Source: Patescibacteria group bacterium (GTDB taxonomy: Bacteria > Patescibacteriota > Minisyncoccia > UBA6257 > UBA9933). From it: a stretch of DNA of 51,075 nt. Positions within the stretch are counted from its first letter, which is position 1, and every line of letters starts with the position of its first letter. The DNA is taken from assembly GCA_038065035.1 (NCBI GenBank), contig JBBTRV010000002.1, positions 1 through 51,075 on the forward strand, given 5' to 3'. The translations under genes were made by a program, and so were the position numbers. Shown in pieces: positions 1 to 8,549 of the stretch. The notes beneath the pieces were generated by a model that saw only the letters and a program-made list of their open reading frames with translations, made no database searches and was not told the origin of the DNA.

Positions 1-1
1 G

Positions 2-73
2 CTCCGCGGGTAGGATTCGAACCTACGACCAATCGCTTAACAGGCGACCGCTCTACCACTGAGCTACCGCGGA
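2..73 (-). tRNA. tRNA-Asn(GTT)
   Basis: Reverse complement folds as cloverleaf: acceptor TCCGCGG/CCGCGGA, anticodon arm GTCGC-CTGTTAA-GCGAT, T-loop GGTTCGAATCC; 3' end at window edge. Confidence 0.95.
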
Positions 74-126
74 ATATTAAATTGTCAATTTATGAAGCTT
101 ATCAAAAATTAATTGCCTTTGCAATA

Positions 127-603
127 TCAAACGCTACTATCTGATGCGACAACGCGTCTTGCCATGAAAACCGATGTGACAAATAAAATCGTTGAAGCCG
201 CGGCTGAAATCAAACAATACTCGCAAACGGCTTTAATCACGAAAAATTGAAGATAAATAAAAAAAAGCGACATTAAAAACGCCAGAGCCGTTAAAGCTAA
301 AAACACGATTATAATTTTATTATTTTTTGTTTTTAAATAAGCTAAGGAGAATAAAAAAACAGTTGAATAAAACAGCGCGCCAATTAAAGCAATCGGAACG
401 CCGAAAACTTCCGAATATTTGCTCGTTAAAACAGTCTCGCAGCCATTCAATAAAGTGCAAGGCGGAATAACGCCTTTATAATGGTTTATCGTAACAAAAA
501 CAGTATCCACCACGCCGACTAGGCTGACAATGGCAAAAAAAATAATTACTAAATTAGAGATTATTATTGATTGATTGTTCAATAATGTTTTTAAAATCTT
601 CAT
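127..603 (-). CDS. Vitamin K epoxide reductase (VKOR) family membrane protein
   Basis: CTLLNGCETVLTSKYSEVFGVP loop cysteines, C-terminal CEYC motif, 4 TM segments; next to DsbA. Confidence 0.9.
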   Translation of the reverse strand: MKILKTLLNNQSIIISNLVIIFFAIVSLVGVVDTVFVTINHYKGVIPPCTLLNGCETVLTSKYSEVFGVPIALIGALFYSTVFLFSLAYLKTKNNKIIIVFLALTALAFLMSLFFIYLQFFVIKAVCEYCLISAAASTILFVTSVFMARRVVASDSSV

Positions 604-1276
604 AGCTTGTTGGTGAAATTTTCTTGGCGTTTAAGAAAAACGTCGGCGTGGAATTTACTCCGGCTGATATGCCGCTGTTCAAATCGCGTTTTACTTTATC
701 TTTTAATTCTCCTGATTCTATATCCGGCTTAAATTGTTCAACATTTAAACCGATTTCTCCGGCGTATTTAATGAATAATTCTTTCACGTTGCTGTTTTCC
801 GACCATTCTTTTTGATTATTGAAAATCGCGTCGTGCATTTCCCAAAATTTCCCCTGTCGGCCGGCGGCTTCGACTGTTATAGCGGCAAGCTCCGCGTTTT
901 TATGCTGGCTTAATGGAAAATGGCGATAAGCAAACGCCACTTTATCGCTGAAATTATCCATTACCTGCTTGACTATCGGATAATAAGAAGCGCACGCCGG
1001 ACATTGAAAATCGCTGTATTCAATTAAAGTAAGATTAGCTCCTTTATTGCCTTTTACCCAATCAGAATCGCTGATGGCGCCCACCGGCAAAGCCGGAACT
1101 TCAGAACCGCTGTTTCCGCCGAATTTCACGCCTAAAAACACAAAACCAGCGATAATCACGGCAATTATAATTCCAAAAGCAACATATTCTCTAAGCCGCT
1201 TTTTTCTTTCCCGTTCTTGAGCCGCTTCTTTTTCTTGACGCATTATTTCTTTTTGCTCTTTCCGCGATAAGTCCAT
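554..1276 (-). CDS. DsbA-family thiol:disulfide oxidoreductase, membrane anchored
   Basis: EYSDFQCPAC, YRHFPL, GVNSTPTFF motifs; N-terminal TM helix. Confidence 0.92.
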   Translation of the reverse strand: MDLSRKEQKEIMRQEKEAAQERERKKRLREYVAFGIIIAVIIAGFVFLGVKFGGNSGSEVPALPVGAISDSDWVKGNKGANLTLIEYSDFQCPACASYYPIVKQVMDNFSDKVAFAYRHFPLSQHKNAELAAITVEAAGRQGKFWEMHDAIFNNQKEWSENSNVKELFIKYAGEIGLNVEQFKPDIESGELKDKVKRDLNSGISAGVNSTPTFFLNAKKISPTSYEDFKNIIEQSINNNL

Positions 1277-1298
1277 TGCTAAATAATACTATATTTTC

Positions 1299-1342
1299 AA
1301 AAAAAAGCCCACCTTTTAACAAAATTTATTAGAAGGCGGGCT
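1299..1342 (-). terminator. Rho-independent terminator of the 1361..1702 gene
   Basis: On minus strand AGCCCGCCTTCTAA...TTAAAAGGTGGGCT followed by a T run. Confidence 0.7.
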
Positions 1343-1360
1343 AATAGTTAAAAAATTCCA

Positions 1361-1702
1361 TTATCTTTCCAACGCCATTTCTCGTTCTTGTATTAAAAGC
1401 AACAATCTTTGATAATCTAATTCCCATAAAATCGTCGCTCTAGAACGGCTATTGCTTAAATAATTAAATTTATTATTAAACATCTGTTTAATCTCCTTTG
1501 GCTGTTTTCGAAAAAGACCAAGCCGTTTCAAAATTTCTTTTTCCACAAGCTTCTCAATTCTTGGCCGAGAAAAAAATTTTGCCATCATCCAAATGCCAAG
1601 CAAATAATACCGATCCCCTATTGAAATTGCTTCTTTTTTAATGAAATGAAACAATTCAATATCTCTTGCAATTCCTTCGCGATGATTATTATCCACTCTC
1701 AT
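1361..1702 (-). CDS. Hypothetical protein
   Basis: ORF with strong SD (AAGGAGG) upstream, own promoter and terminator. Confidence 0.7.
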   Translation of the reverse strand: MRVDNNHREGIARDIELFHFIKKEAISIGDRYYLLGIWMMAKFFSRPRIEKLVEKEILKRLGLFRKQPKEIKQMFNNKFNYLSNSRSRATILWELDYQRLLLLIQEREMALER

Positions 1703-1750
1703 GGCAATCCCTCCTTTCTTTTTTAGTTATTAAAGTTAATTTCTATCAAA

Positions 1751-1780
1751 AAGATACACTACTAATCCTATTTTTGTCAA
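1751..1780 (-). promoter_or_regulatory. Sigma70-like promoter
   Basis: TTGACA-N18-TATCTT on minus strand upstream of the 1702 start. Confidence 0.5.
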
Positions 1781-1799
1781 TTTCGGCGGATATAAACTT

Positions 1800-2150
1800 T
1801 CAGGATAATTTTATCATTGTCAAAATCATTTTAAACTTTGTAATTGCTTTTACAGCATGCGGCCTATCGGCCGGCATAATAATTGCTTCTCCTTGTTTTA
1901 AATGAAAAATTTCGCCGGCAATCGTAATCTCCGCCTCGCCTTCCAAAATTTGGATAAACGCGTCAAACGGCGTGGTATGCTCGCTTAATCCCTGATTTTC
2001 GTCAAAGGCAAAAGACGTAACCGTTCCGTCTTTTTTATCAATAATAGTCCGACTCACCACCGAACCGGTTTGATAATTGGCTGAATTTATTAAATTGATT
2101 ATTTTTTGATTATCTACCATAAAATAAACCATAAATAAGATAACATACAT
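1800..2150 (-). CDS. Cupin domain protein
   Basis: FAFDENQGLSEHTTP, ILEGEAEI, MPADRPHAVKA cupin motifs; true start may be the internal Met near 2120. Confidence 0.88.
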   Translation of the reverse strand: MYVILFMVYFMVDNQKIINLINSANYQTGSVVSRTIIDKKDGTVTSFAFDENQGLSEHTTPFDAFIQILEGEAEITIAGEIFHLKQGEAIIMPADRPHAVKAITKFKMILTMIKLS

Positions 2151-2244
2151 AAATTAAGTTGACAATCAGTATTAAACAATGATATATAAAATACAGAATC
2201 AAAAGTTAATTAATTTTAACCATCAAACAAAATAAGGAGGAAAT

Positions 2245-2684
2245 ATGAAATGTGAATTTTGCGGTTTTGACGCGGAAACAATAGTAATTTTAAACATTCC
2301 GAGCAAAAAAAATATCGGAAGTTTAAATAGTTTCGCGTGCCTGGATTGCGCGGGAAAAACGAAGCTTATTGCCTGAGACACGAAATACCAAACTTAGGCT
2401 TTTCTAACGCAACCACGGCTTGCCGGCTATGCATCGAAGAAAAGGTTGAACATCTTGGCGAGAAAATCGCTAATGAATATTTCTGCGAACTTTTAAAGGG
2501 TTTGCCAATGACTGAATTTAAGGAAGTTTACGACTGGTTTGAAACTGTAAGCATAATGCGAGACGAAGCAATTGAAAGATCAATTCTTCGCGGCATCATC
2601 ACCTACGCCGAAAGGCACAAAAAGCATCCCAATGAAGTTGTCGCGGAAATGATAAAGACATGCAATACGATAATTTTGGATTAA
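2245..2684 (+). CDS. Cys-rich (putative Zn-binding) protein split by a -1 frameshift near 2352-2358
   Basis: SD GGAGG at 2236-2240, ATG 2245 reads MKCEFC...ACLDCAGK to TGA 2374-2376; the -1 frame continues NEAYCLRH...ACRLC to TAA 2684. Confidence 0.65.
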
Positions 2685-2708
2685 TCCAAGTGTATTTTAG
2701 TTAGCTAT

Positions 2709-2746
2709 TGCCCGACCATTTTTAAATGGTCGGGCATCTTTTTTTT
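2709..2746 (+). terminator. Rho-independent terminator
   Basis: TGCCCGACCATTT/AAATGGTCGGGCA perfect stem followed by T run, between convergent genes. Confidence 0.85.
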
Positions 2747-2757
2747 ACAAACTCTCT

Positions 2758-3273
2758 TTAATTAATTTTCAAAAGCTCCACTTCAAAAATCAAAGTGGCG
2801 TTTGGAGGAATTATTCCACCCGCTCCGCGCTCGCCATAACCCAAGGAAGCGGGAATAATCAGCTTTCTTTTTTCGCCGATTTTCATTCCTAAAACTCCCA
2901 AATCCCAACCCTTGATTACCTGGCCGGCACCTAAAGTAAATTCAAACGGCTGACCCCTATCTAAACTGGAATCAAATTTCTGGCCGTTTTCCAAAATGCC
3001 GGTATAATGCACCGTTGCTTTATCGCCATTTTTTATTTCCGCGCCTTCGCTCTGCTTCAAAACTTCAATTATCGGTTTTTCTTGTTCTTGATTATTATTC
3101 ATATTTAAATTGATTTGCGTTTGATTTTCTTCTTGGCTTTCCTCCTGGTTTGTTTCTGATTGAATTTCCAACTGGCTTTGCCGGGAAAATAATAAAAGAA
3201 ATTCGTCTTGAAAATAATATCCTCCGATTAAAATAATTACCACCGCTAAAATTGTTAAAATTATGTTTTTCAT
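2758..3273 (-). CDS. FKBP-type peptidyl-prolyl cis-trans isomerase, membrane anchored
   Basis: [33 protein letters not shown]; start moved to ATG 3273 because the longer ORF overlaps tRNA-Ser. Confidence 0.93.
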   Translation of the reverse strand: MKNIILTILAVVIILIGGYYFQDEFLLLFSRQSQLEIQSETNQEESQEENQTQINLNMNNNQEQEKPIIEVLKQSEGAEIKNGDKATVHYTGILENGQKFDSSLDRGQPFEFTLGAGQVIKGWDLGVLGMKIGEKRKLIIPASLGYGERGAGGIIPPNATLIFEVELLKIN

Positions 3274-3302
3274 ATTTTTATATAATAATATATTCTGAAA
3301 AT

Positions 3303-3392
3303 TGGCGGAAGGAGTGGGATTTGAACCCACGATACCGGTTAAGGTATGCCATCTTTCCAAGATGGTGCACTAGACCACTATGCGACCCTTCC
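3303..3392 (-). tRNA. tRNA-Ser(GGA)
   Basis: Anticodon arm CCATC-TTGGAAA-GATGG, long variable arm, encoded CCA. Confidence 0.95.
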
Positions 3393-3400
3393 TTAAAAAC

Positions 3401-3862
3401 TTATGCGGCCATCTTAAAATCTTCATCAGTGTCGCTTTTGAGAATTTCTGGAGTATAAAACACTTCCGGATGATTTGCAATTTCTGCTTTTAAAAATTCA
3501 GCCTCGTCTTCTGGCTTCACCGGATCATAATAACCATAAACACCCGTTCCTTTTAACAATTCATTATTTTCGAAATAAAACTTTCGCGCCGCATCCATTA
3601 CTTTTTCAGATAAAAGATTCTCATTTCTTTTTACTAGCTCATTGATAACCATCAAAGCCGAAGGTTCTATGATGTCAATATTCAAAATTTTCAAAAATTC
3701 GTCGTTTGATTCTTTCTGCAATTCTTTTAATTCTTGCCTTATCCTTTCCTGCGCTTCTTTCTCTGCCTGTTCTAATAAAATCTCTTTTTCCTCTTTAGAT
3801 AATTCATTATCTTTAATTTCAGCTTCCTCAATATTAAATTTTTCCCTCTCCAAATTTTCCAT
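3401..3862 (-). CDS. Hypothetical acidic protein
   Basis: 153-aa ORF packed 6 nt after htpX, Glu/Lys-rich. Confidence 0.7.
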   Translation of the reverse strand: MENLEREKFNIEEAEIKDNELSKEEKEILLEQAEKEAQERIRQELKELQKESNDEFLKILNIDIIEPSALMVINELVKRNENLLSEKVMDAARKFYFENNELLKGTGVYGYYDPVKPEDEAEFLKAEIANHPEVFYTPEILKSDTDEDFKMAA

Positions 3863-3868
3863 AATTTA

Positions 3869-4780
3869 TTAAATCTCCATTCCTTTTAACGCTTTTATCC
3901 TTTCCCCCACCGGCGGATGAGTCATAAACATTTTATGCAGCCAGGAAATTTTTTGCCCAGACTTGTCATATGGATCATCAAACCACAAATGCGCCGTGGT
4001 ATTGGTGGCGACTTTCAACGGCGTCAAATCTTTGGAAATCTTTTCCAAAGCGCTAGCCAATCCTTCAGGATAACGCGTGAGTAAAGCTCCATCAGCATCA
4101 GCCAAAAACTCTCTTTTCCGGGAAATTGCCAATTGAATTAAAGTGGCCGCGATAGGCGCCAATATCGCCAGAATAATGCCGACAATCATCAAAAATGCTT
4201 GCGCCTGGCCTCCTCCGCTGCTGTCCCGCCGCCTGCCAAATCCTCCCCAAAAAGCAGACCTCATAAACATATCTGAAAGAATGGAAATAAAACCCACTAA
4301 GATAACAACCGCGGTCGATAAAAGCATATCGCGATTGCCGATATGCGACAATTCATGGGCGATAACTCCTTCTAATTCTATTTTATTTAATCTTTTTAAT
4401 AATCCGGTTGTTACGGCAACCACGGCATGCTCCGGATTTCTGCCGGTGGCAAAAGCATTAGGCGAAGACTCGTCAACTATATAAATTTTCGGCATTGGCA
4501 AACCGGCGGTAATCGATAAATTCTCGACAATATTATAAAGCTCTGGCGATTGTTCGCGCTCAACAGGCCGCGCGCGAGACATCCTTAAAACAATTTTATC
4601 AGAATACCAATAAGCGATAATATTCATCAGAATGCTAAAAATAACAGCAATATATAAAATACCGGCGCTATTATAAATTTGAGCGAATATCCATCCTATA
4701 CCGATAACAACCGCTAAAAATATTCCGAAAAACAGCCATGTTTTTCTGATATTTTTATCTTTTTGAGTATAAAGCGTCAT
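3869..4780 (-). CDS. htpX: Zinc metalloprotease HtpX (M48)
   Basis: PNAFATG, HELSH, SRKREFLAD, THPP. Confidence 0.95.
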   Translation of the reverse strand: MTLYTQKDKNIRKTWLFFGIFLAVVIGIGWIFAQIYNSAGILYIAVIFSILMNIIAYWYSDKIVLRMSRARPVEREQSPELYNIVENLSITAGLPMPKIYIVDESSPNAFATGRNPEHAVVAVTTGLLKRLNKIELEGVIAHELSHIGNRDMLLSTAVVILVGFISILSDMFMRSAFWGGFGRRRDSSGGGQAQAFLMIVGIILAILAPIAATLIQLAISRKREFLADADGALLTRYPEGLASALEKISKDLTPLKVATNTTAHLWFDDPYDKSGQKISWLHKMFMTHPPVGERIKALKGMEI

Positions 4781-5802
4781 AATTTAATGATGTCTTTAAT
4801 TGTAATCGCAATCATTAAAAGTATCAGCAGGGCAAAACCAGCTGTATTCGCTATTTTTTCAAATTTCGGATCAAGAGGAGATCCCTTGATTTTTTCAATC
4901 CCTAAAAACAATAACCTTCCACCGTCTAAAGCAGGAAAAGGAAAAATGTTGATTACAGTCAAATTTAAAGAAATCAAAGCCATAAGTTGAAGTAAATAAA
5001 CAAACCCCATAGAACTTGCCTGAGCTGTTATTTTTGTAATGCCAATAGGCCCGGTAACCGCTTCCAATGAAGCCCGGCCGACAAAAGCCTTTCCAATCAA
5101 ATCAATGATTGCCATAAAAATCGTTATAATCAACGAAGCAGAAGCTTTTAATCCCTCCCAAAAACTTACAAAAATATTCTGTTTCTGAAGTTCGGCATCA
5201 ACCAAGCCGATTCCCAAAGCGCCTTCTCCTTTCGGCGGATTGATTCTAGGCATTGCTGAAATTTTTAAAGTTTCTCCGTTTCTTTCCACTTCCAAAACAA
5301 TTTCCTTGCCGCGGTTATTATTTATAAAATCAATCAATTCTTCAGTTGTTGAAAACCCCTTAATCATATCTCCTTGCACAAGTCCGGCTTCCGCTGCCGG
5401 AGTATTTTTTAACACATCCGTAACGACTACCGCCGAAGGCATGCCGATTGAAAAAATTATTGAAAGCACGAACCAGCCAAGCAAAAAATTAAAAAAAACG
5501 CCGGCCACTAAAATCACCGCCCTTTGCCAAGATTTTAAACTGGTAAAGCTTCTTTCTTTTTTATCTTCTGTAATTGCAGACGCTCCGTCTTCGCCGTAAA
5601 TTTTCACAAATCCGCCGAAGGGCAAGGCATTAATGCTGTAGATTGTTTCGCCGATTTTTTTCCCCCAAATTCTCGGCGGCAAGCCAAAGCCGAATTCCTC
5701 AACTAAAAGGCCAAATTTCTTGGCCGCTAAAAAATGCCCAAGCTCATGGACTAAAATCAATATTGAAAGAAAAATTATGACGAAAATTACGCCTGTTAAC
5801 AT
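4777..5802 (-). CDS. rseP: Site-2 protease RseP (M50) with PDZ domain
   Basis: HELGH, GFG, PFGGFV, NIFPFPALDGG. Confidence 0.93.
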   Translation of the reverse strand: MLTGVIFVIIFLSILILVHELGHFLAAKKFGLLVEEFGFGLPPRIWGKKIGETIYSINALPFGGFVKIYGEDGASAITEDKKERSFTSLKSWQRAVILVAGVFFNFLLGWFVLSIIFSIGMPSAVVVTDVLKNTPAAEAGLVQGDMIKGFSTTEELIDFINNNRGKEIVLEVERNGETLKISAMPRINPPKGEGALGIGLVDAELQKQNIFVSFWEGLKASASLIITIFMAIIDLIGKAFVGRASLEAVTGPIGITKITAQASSMGFVYLLQLMALISLNLTVINIFPFPALDGGRLLFLGIEKIKGSPLDPKFEKIANTAGFALLILLMIAITIKDIIKL

Positions 5803-5804
5803 AT

Positions 5805-6356
5805 TTACTCTTCTATTTCCTTAATTTTATTTTCCAGCATTGCCTCAATATTTTTATTTGACTTATCAATAATTTTTTGCACTTCTTCTTTTAATTTAAA
5901 CTTTTCGTCTTCGCTTATTTTATCTTCCTGTTCCCAGAGATTGATTTTTTTATTTTCTTCATCGCGCAAATGCCGGATATTAATGCGAGTTTCTTCGGCT
6001 TCTTTTTTAACAACTTTTATCAATTCCTGCCGCCTTTCTGTGGTCAAAGACGGCAAATTAATTCTTATTAAATTGCCGTCAATATTGGCGCTAACGCTTG
6101 AATTAGATATTTCAATCGCTTTAGCGGCCGCGGCCACCGCCTGCTTATCCCAGAAAGATATCTGAATCTCGCGCGGCGGCGCTATGCTAATTGAACCCAA
6201 TTGTTTTATCGGCATTTTTTGCCCAAAATAATCAACCAAAATATCTTCCACAAGCATCGGCGACGGCCGGCCGCCGCGAATAGCTCCCAACTGACTCTTT
6301 AAATATTGCAAAGTGTCGCTGATTTTTTTCTCTAAATCTTTTAATCTTTCATTCAT
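5805..6356 (-). CDS. frr: Ribosome recycling factor
   Basis: IRGGRPSP, LTTERRQEL, NIRHLR, ISEDE. Confidence 0.95.
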   Translation of the reverse strand: MNERLKDLEKKISDTLQYLKSQLGAIRGGRPSPMLVEDILVDYFGQKMPIKQLGSISIAPPREIQISFWDKQAVAAAAKAIEISNSSVSANIDGNLIRINLPSLTTERRQELIKVVKKEAEETRINIRHLRDEENKKINLWEQEDKISEDEKFKLKEEVQKIIDKSNKNIEAMLENKIKEIEE

Positions 6357-6380
6357 AACGCACTTTTTAATAATTAAATT

Positions 6381-6530
6381 TTACCATAAAAAATCTATGA
6401 TTTCAGCAACGAGCGGGTCGCCCAAAATCGTGCCAAAAACAGAGGTACCTATTTCAGACCAATAATTACCAATCAGCCAAAAAACAAATCCCCATATTAC
6501 AAATAAAACTATAATGCCCCCTCCTTCCAT
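6381..6530 (-). CDS. Small (49 aa) membrane protein, absent from ORF track
   Basis: ATG 2 nt after holB stop; MEGGGIIVLFVIWGFVFWLIGNYWSEIGTSVFGTILGDPLVAEIIDFLW*; fills the holB-frr gap. Confidence 0.6.
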   Translation of the reverse strand: MEGGGIIVLFVIWGFVFWLIGNYWSEIGTSVFGTILGDPLVAEIIDFLW

Positions 6531-6532
6531 TG

Positions 6533-7315
6533 TTAATTATTTAATAATGTTTTTAATTGCAACTTTTTATTCACATTAAACATCTTGATTAATGACAGCC
6601 GTTTCAAAATTTCTTTGGCAGAATCAATATCTTTATAGCCGCTATCGCGCAATTCAATCAGTTTATTTTCAAAAAACTCATTAATCTTCTCATTTTCAAC
6701 AACATCATCTATTTTGAAATTTTTGGTTTTTGGTTTTTGGTTTTGAATCATATCAATTGCCATTCCAGGCCTTCCAAATGAATTTTTAACAGCTTCGGCT
6801 ATTTTTTTCTTGTCTTCTTTTTTAACGCCCATATTCTCTAAATATTTTTTTATTTCAAATTCCGCTACTCTGGAAAAATAAATCTTTTGAAGACGCGAAG
6901 ATAAGGCGGGCAAAAGCGAATTTTCATCAGAGCTGATAAATATTATTAATGAAAACGGCGGATTGTCTTCAACTATTTTAAGCAGCGCGTTCTGGGCTTC
7001 GAAAGTCAAATTCTCAGCGTCACGAATGATAACAATTCTTTTTTTTGATAAAATCGGCGATTGAAAAAGAAAATCCCGCAATTTTCTGGCGCTTTCTATG
7101 CCGATCTTATTTTTTATATCAGGAGCGATAATCAAGGCTTCTTCCAATATCTTTCTCGGCTCTTCAAAAATTCCACATTCCAAATAATTCGCCATAGAAA
7201 CTGTGAATAAAAATTTTCCAACTTGAGATTCTCCAAAAAAAAGATAGGCGTGGAACAATTTATCCTTGTCTGCTAGTTTTTTAAATATTTCAATTTTATT
7301 TTGATGTCCAACCAT
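6533..7315 (-). CDS. holB: DNA polymerase III subunit delta'
   Basis: MVGH start, HAYLFFGESQVGK, AQNALLKIVED, LSSR; start trimmed to ATG 7315. Confidence 0.85.
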   Translation of the reverse strand: MVGHQNKIEIFKKLADKDKLFHAYLFFGESQVGKFLFTVSMANYLECGIFEEPRKILEEALIIAPDIKNKIGIESARKLRDFLFQSPILSKKRIVIIRDAENLTFEAQNALLKIVEDNPPFSLIIFISSDENSLLPALSSRLQKIYFSRVAEFEIKKYLENMGVKKEDKKKIAEAVKNSFGRPGMAIDMIQNQKPKTKNFKIDDVVENEKINEFFENKLIELRDSGYKDIDSAKEILKRLSLIKMFNVNKKLQLKTLLNN

Positions 7316-7327
7316 ATTTCCTTGAAT

Positions 7328-7447
7328 AAATTTAAAATGCAAATATCAAAATGTAAAATGACAATATAAAATATTAAAAATTTTAAAATTAAAACATTTT
7401 ATAATTTTAATTTGTCATTTTGATTTTTGATTTTTAAATTTTGATTT
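7328..7447. repeat. Inverted repeat with heptamer-periodic arms
   Basis: Left AAATTTAAAATGCAAATATCAAAATGTAAAATGACAA, right TTGTCATTTTGATTTTTGATTTTTAAATTTTGATTT; core AAAATGACAA/TTGTCATTTT. Confidence 0.8.
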
Positions 7448-8453
7448 ATCTCTTATTCAACAGCGTTCTCTTATAAACATCTAAATGGCTCAAGATTATT
7501 CCCGCTCCCTTTGCCACGCAAAAAAGCGGTTCTTCGGCAACATAAGTATTAACTCCTAGTATTCTCTTAAAAAATTCTGCAAGATTAAGTATTTGAGCGC
7601 TGCCGCCGGATAATATTATTCCTTTTTCCATAACATCAGCCACTAGCTCCGGCGGAGTTTCATTGAAAACCTGCTGGATTGAAGAAGCTATTTCTAATAG
7701 ATAGGGATTAATAGCTTCAGCAATTTCATTAGAGCTGATTAAAATATCTTTCGGCAAGCCGGAAATCAAATCTCTTCCCCTAACGGTATAAGTTATTTTA
7801 TTTTTTAGCGATAACGCCGAGCCGATTTCAATTTTAATATTTTCAGCCATCTGTTCACCGATAGCCATAGAATATTTCTTTTTTATATAATCAATAATCG
7901 CCGTATCGAATTTATCGCCGGCTATTCTCACGCTCGACCAAGAAACAATGCCGCCAAGAGAAATAACCGCCACTTCGCCGGTTCCGCCTCCGATATTTAC
8001 AATCATACTGCCAGAACGGGCATTAATTGGAATGCCAGCGCCCAAAGCGGCCAAAATCGGTTCTCGGACAATATAAGCTTCGCGCGCTCCGGCTTCTTTA
8101 GCGGCATTTATAATCGCCCGGCGTTCAGTCGGCGTAATGCCGGCAGGAGCGGAAATAACAACATCCGGCTTTAAAATATTGAAAGAACCAATGGCAGTAG
8201 CAATAAAATATTTAAGCATCGCCTTGGTAATGTAATAATCAGCAATCACTCCTTCGCGAAGCGGCCGATAAGGTTTGATATCGTCTGGCGTTCGACCAAT
8301 CATTTCTTTAGCTTCCTTACCAACAGCTAAAACAGTATTATCGGGCACGCTTAAAGCCACGATTGTCGGCTCATTGATAATAAAGCCCTTGCCGGGCATG
8401 AAAACAATCGTATTAGCCGTTCCTAAATCTATGCCGATTTTGCGAGTAAACAT
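7446..8453 (-). CDS. mreB: Rod shape-determining protein MreB
   Basis: GIDLGTANT, GVIADY, IGGGTGEVAVISLGG, SGG. Confidence 0.95.
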   Translation of the reverse strand: MFTRKIGIDLGTANTIVFMPGKGFIINEPTIVALSVPDNTVLAVGKEAKEMIGRTPDDIKPYRPLREGVIADYYITKAMLKYFIATAIGSFNILKPDVVISAPAGITPTERRAIINAAKEAGAREAYIVREPILAALGAGIPINARSGSMIVNIGGGTGEVAVISLGGIVSWSSVRIAGDKFDTAIIDYIKKKYSMAIGEQMAENIKIEIGSALSLKNKITYTVRGRDLISGLPKDILISSNEIAEAINPYLLEIASSIQQVFNETPPELVADVMEKGIILSGGSAQILNLAEFFKRILGVNTYVAEEPLFCVAKGAGIILSHLDVYKRTLLNKR

Positions 8454-8461
8454 AATTTATA

Positions 8462-8549
8462 AGCCACTAGCGACTAGGGTTTAGCCATTAGAGTAAAATT
8501 TATTTTAATCTTACACCCTAATGGCTAATAGCTATACCCTAAACCCTAA
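8462..8549. repeat. Inverted repeat with heptamer-periodic arms overlapping the murA stop
   Basis: TAGCGAC TAGGGTT TAGCCAT TAGAGTA ... ATGGCTA ATAGCTA TACCCTA AACCCTA; core TTAGCCATTAG/CTAATGGCTAA. Confidence 0.8.

Noticed and set aside
3274-3360. N-terminal extension of the FKBP ORF and + strand ORF 3252..3458
   Set aside because: Both are read-through of tRNA-Ser(GGA) sequence
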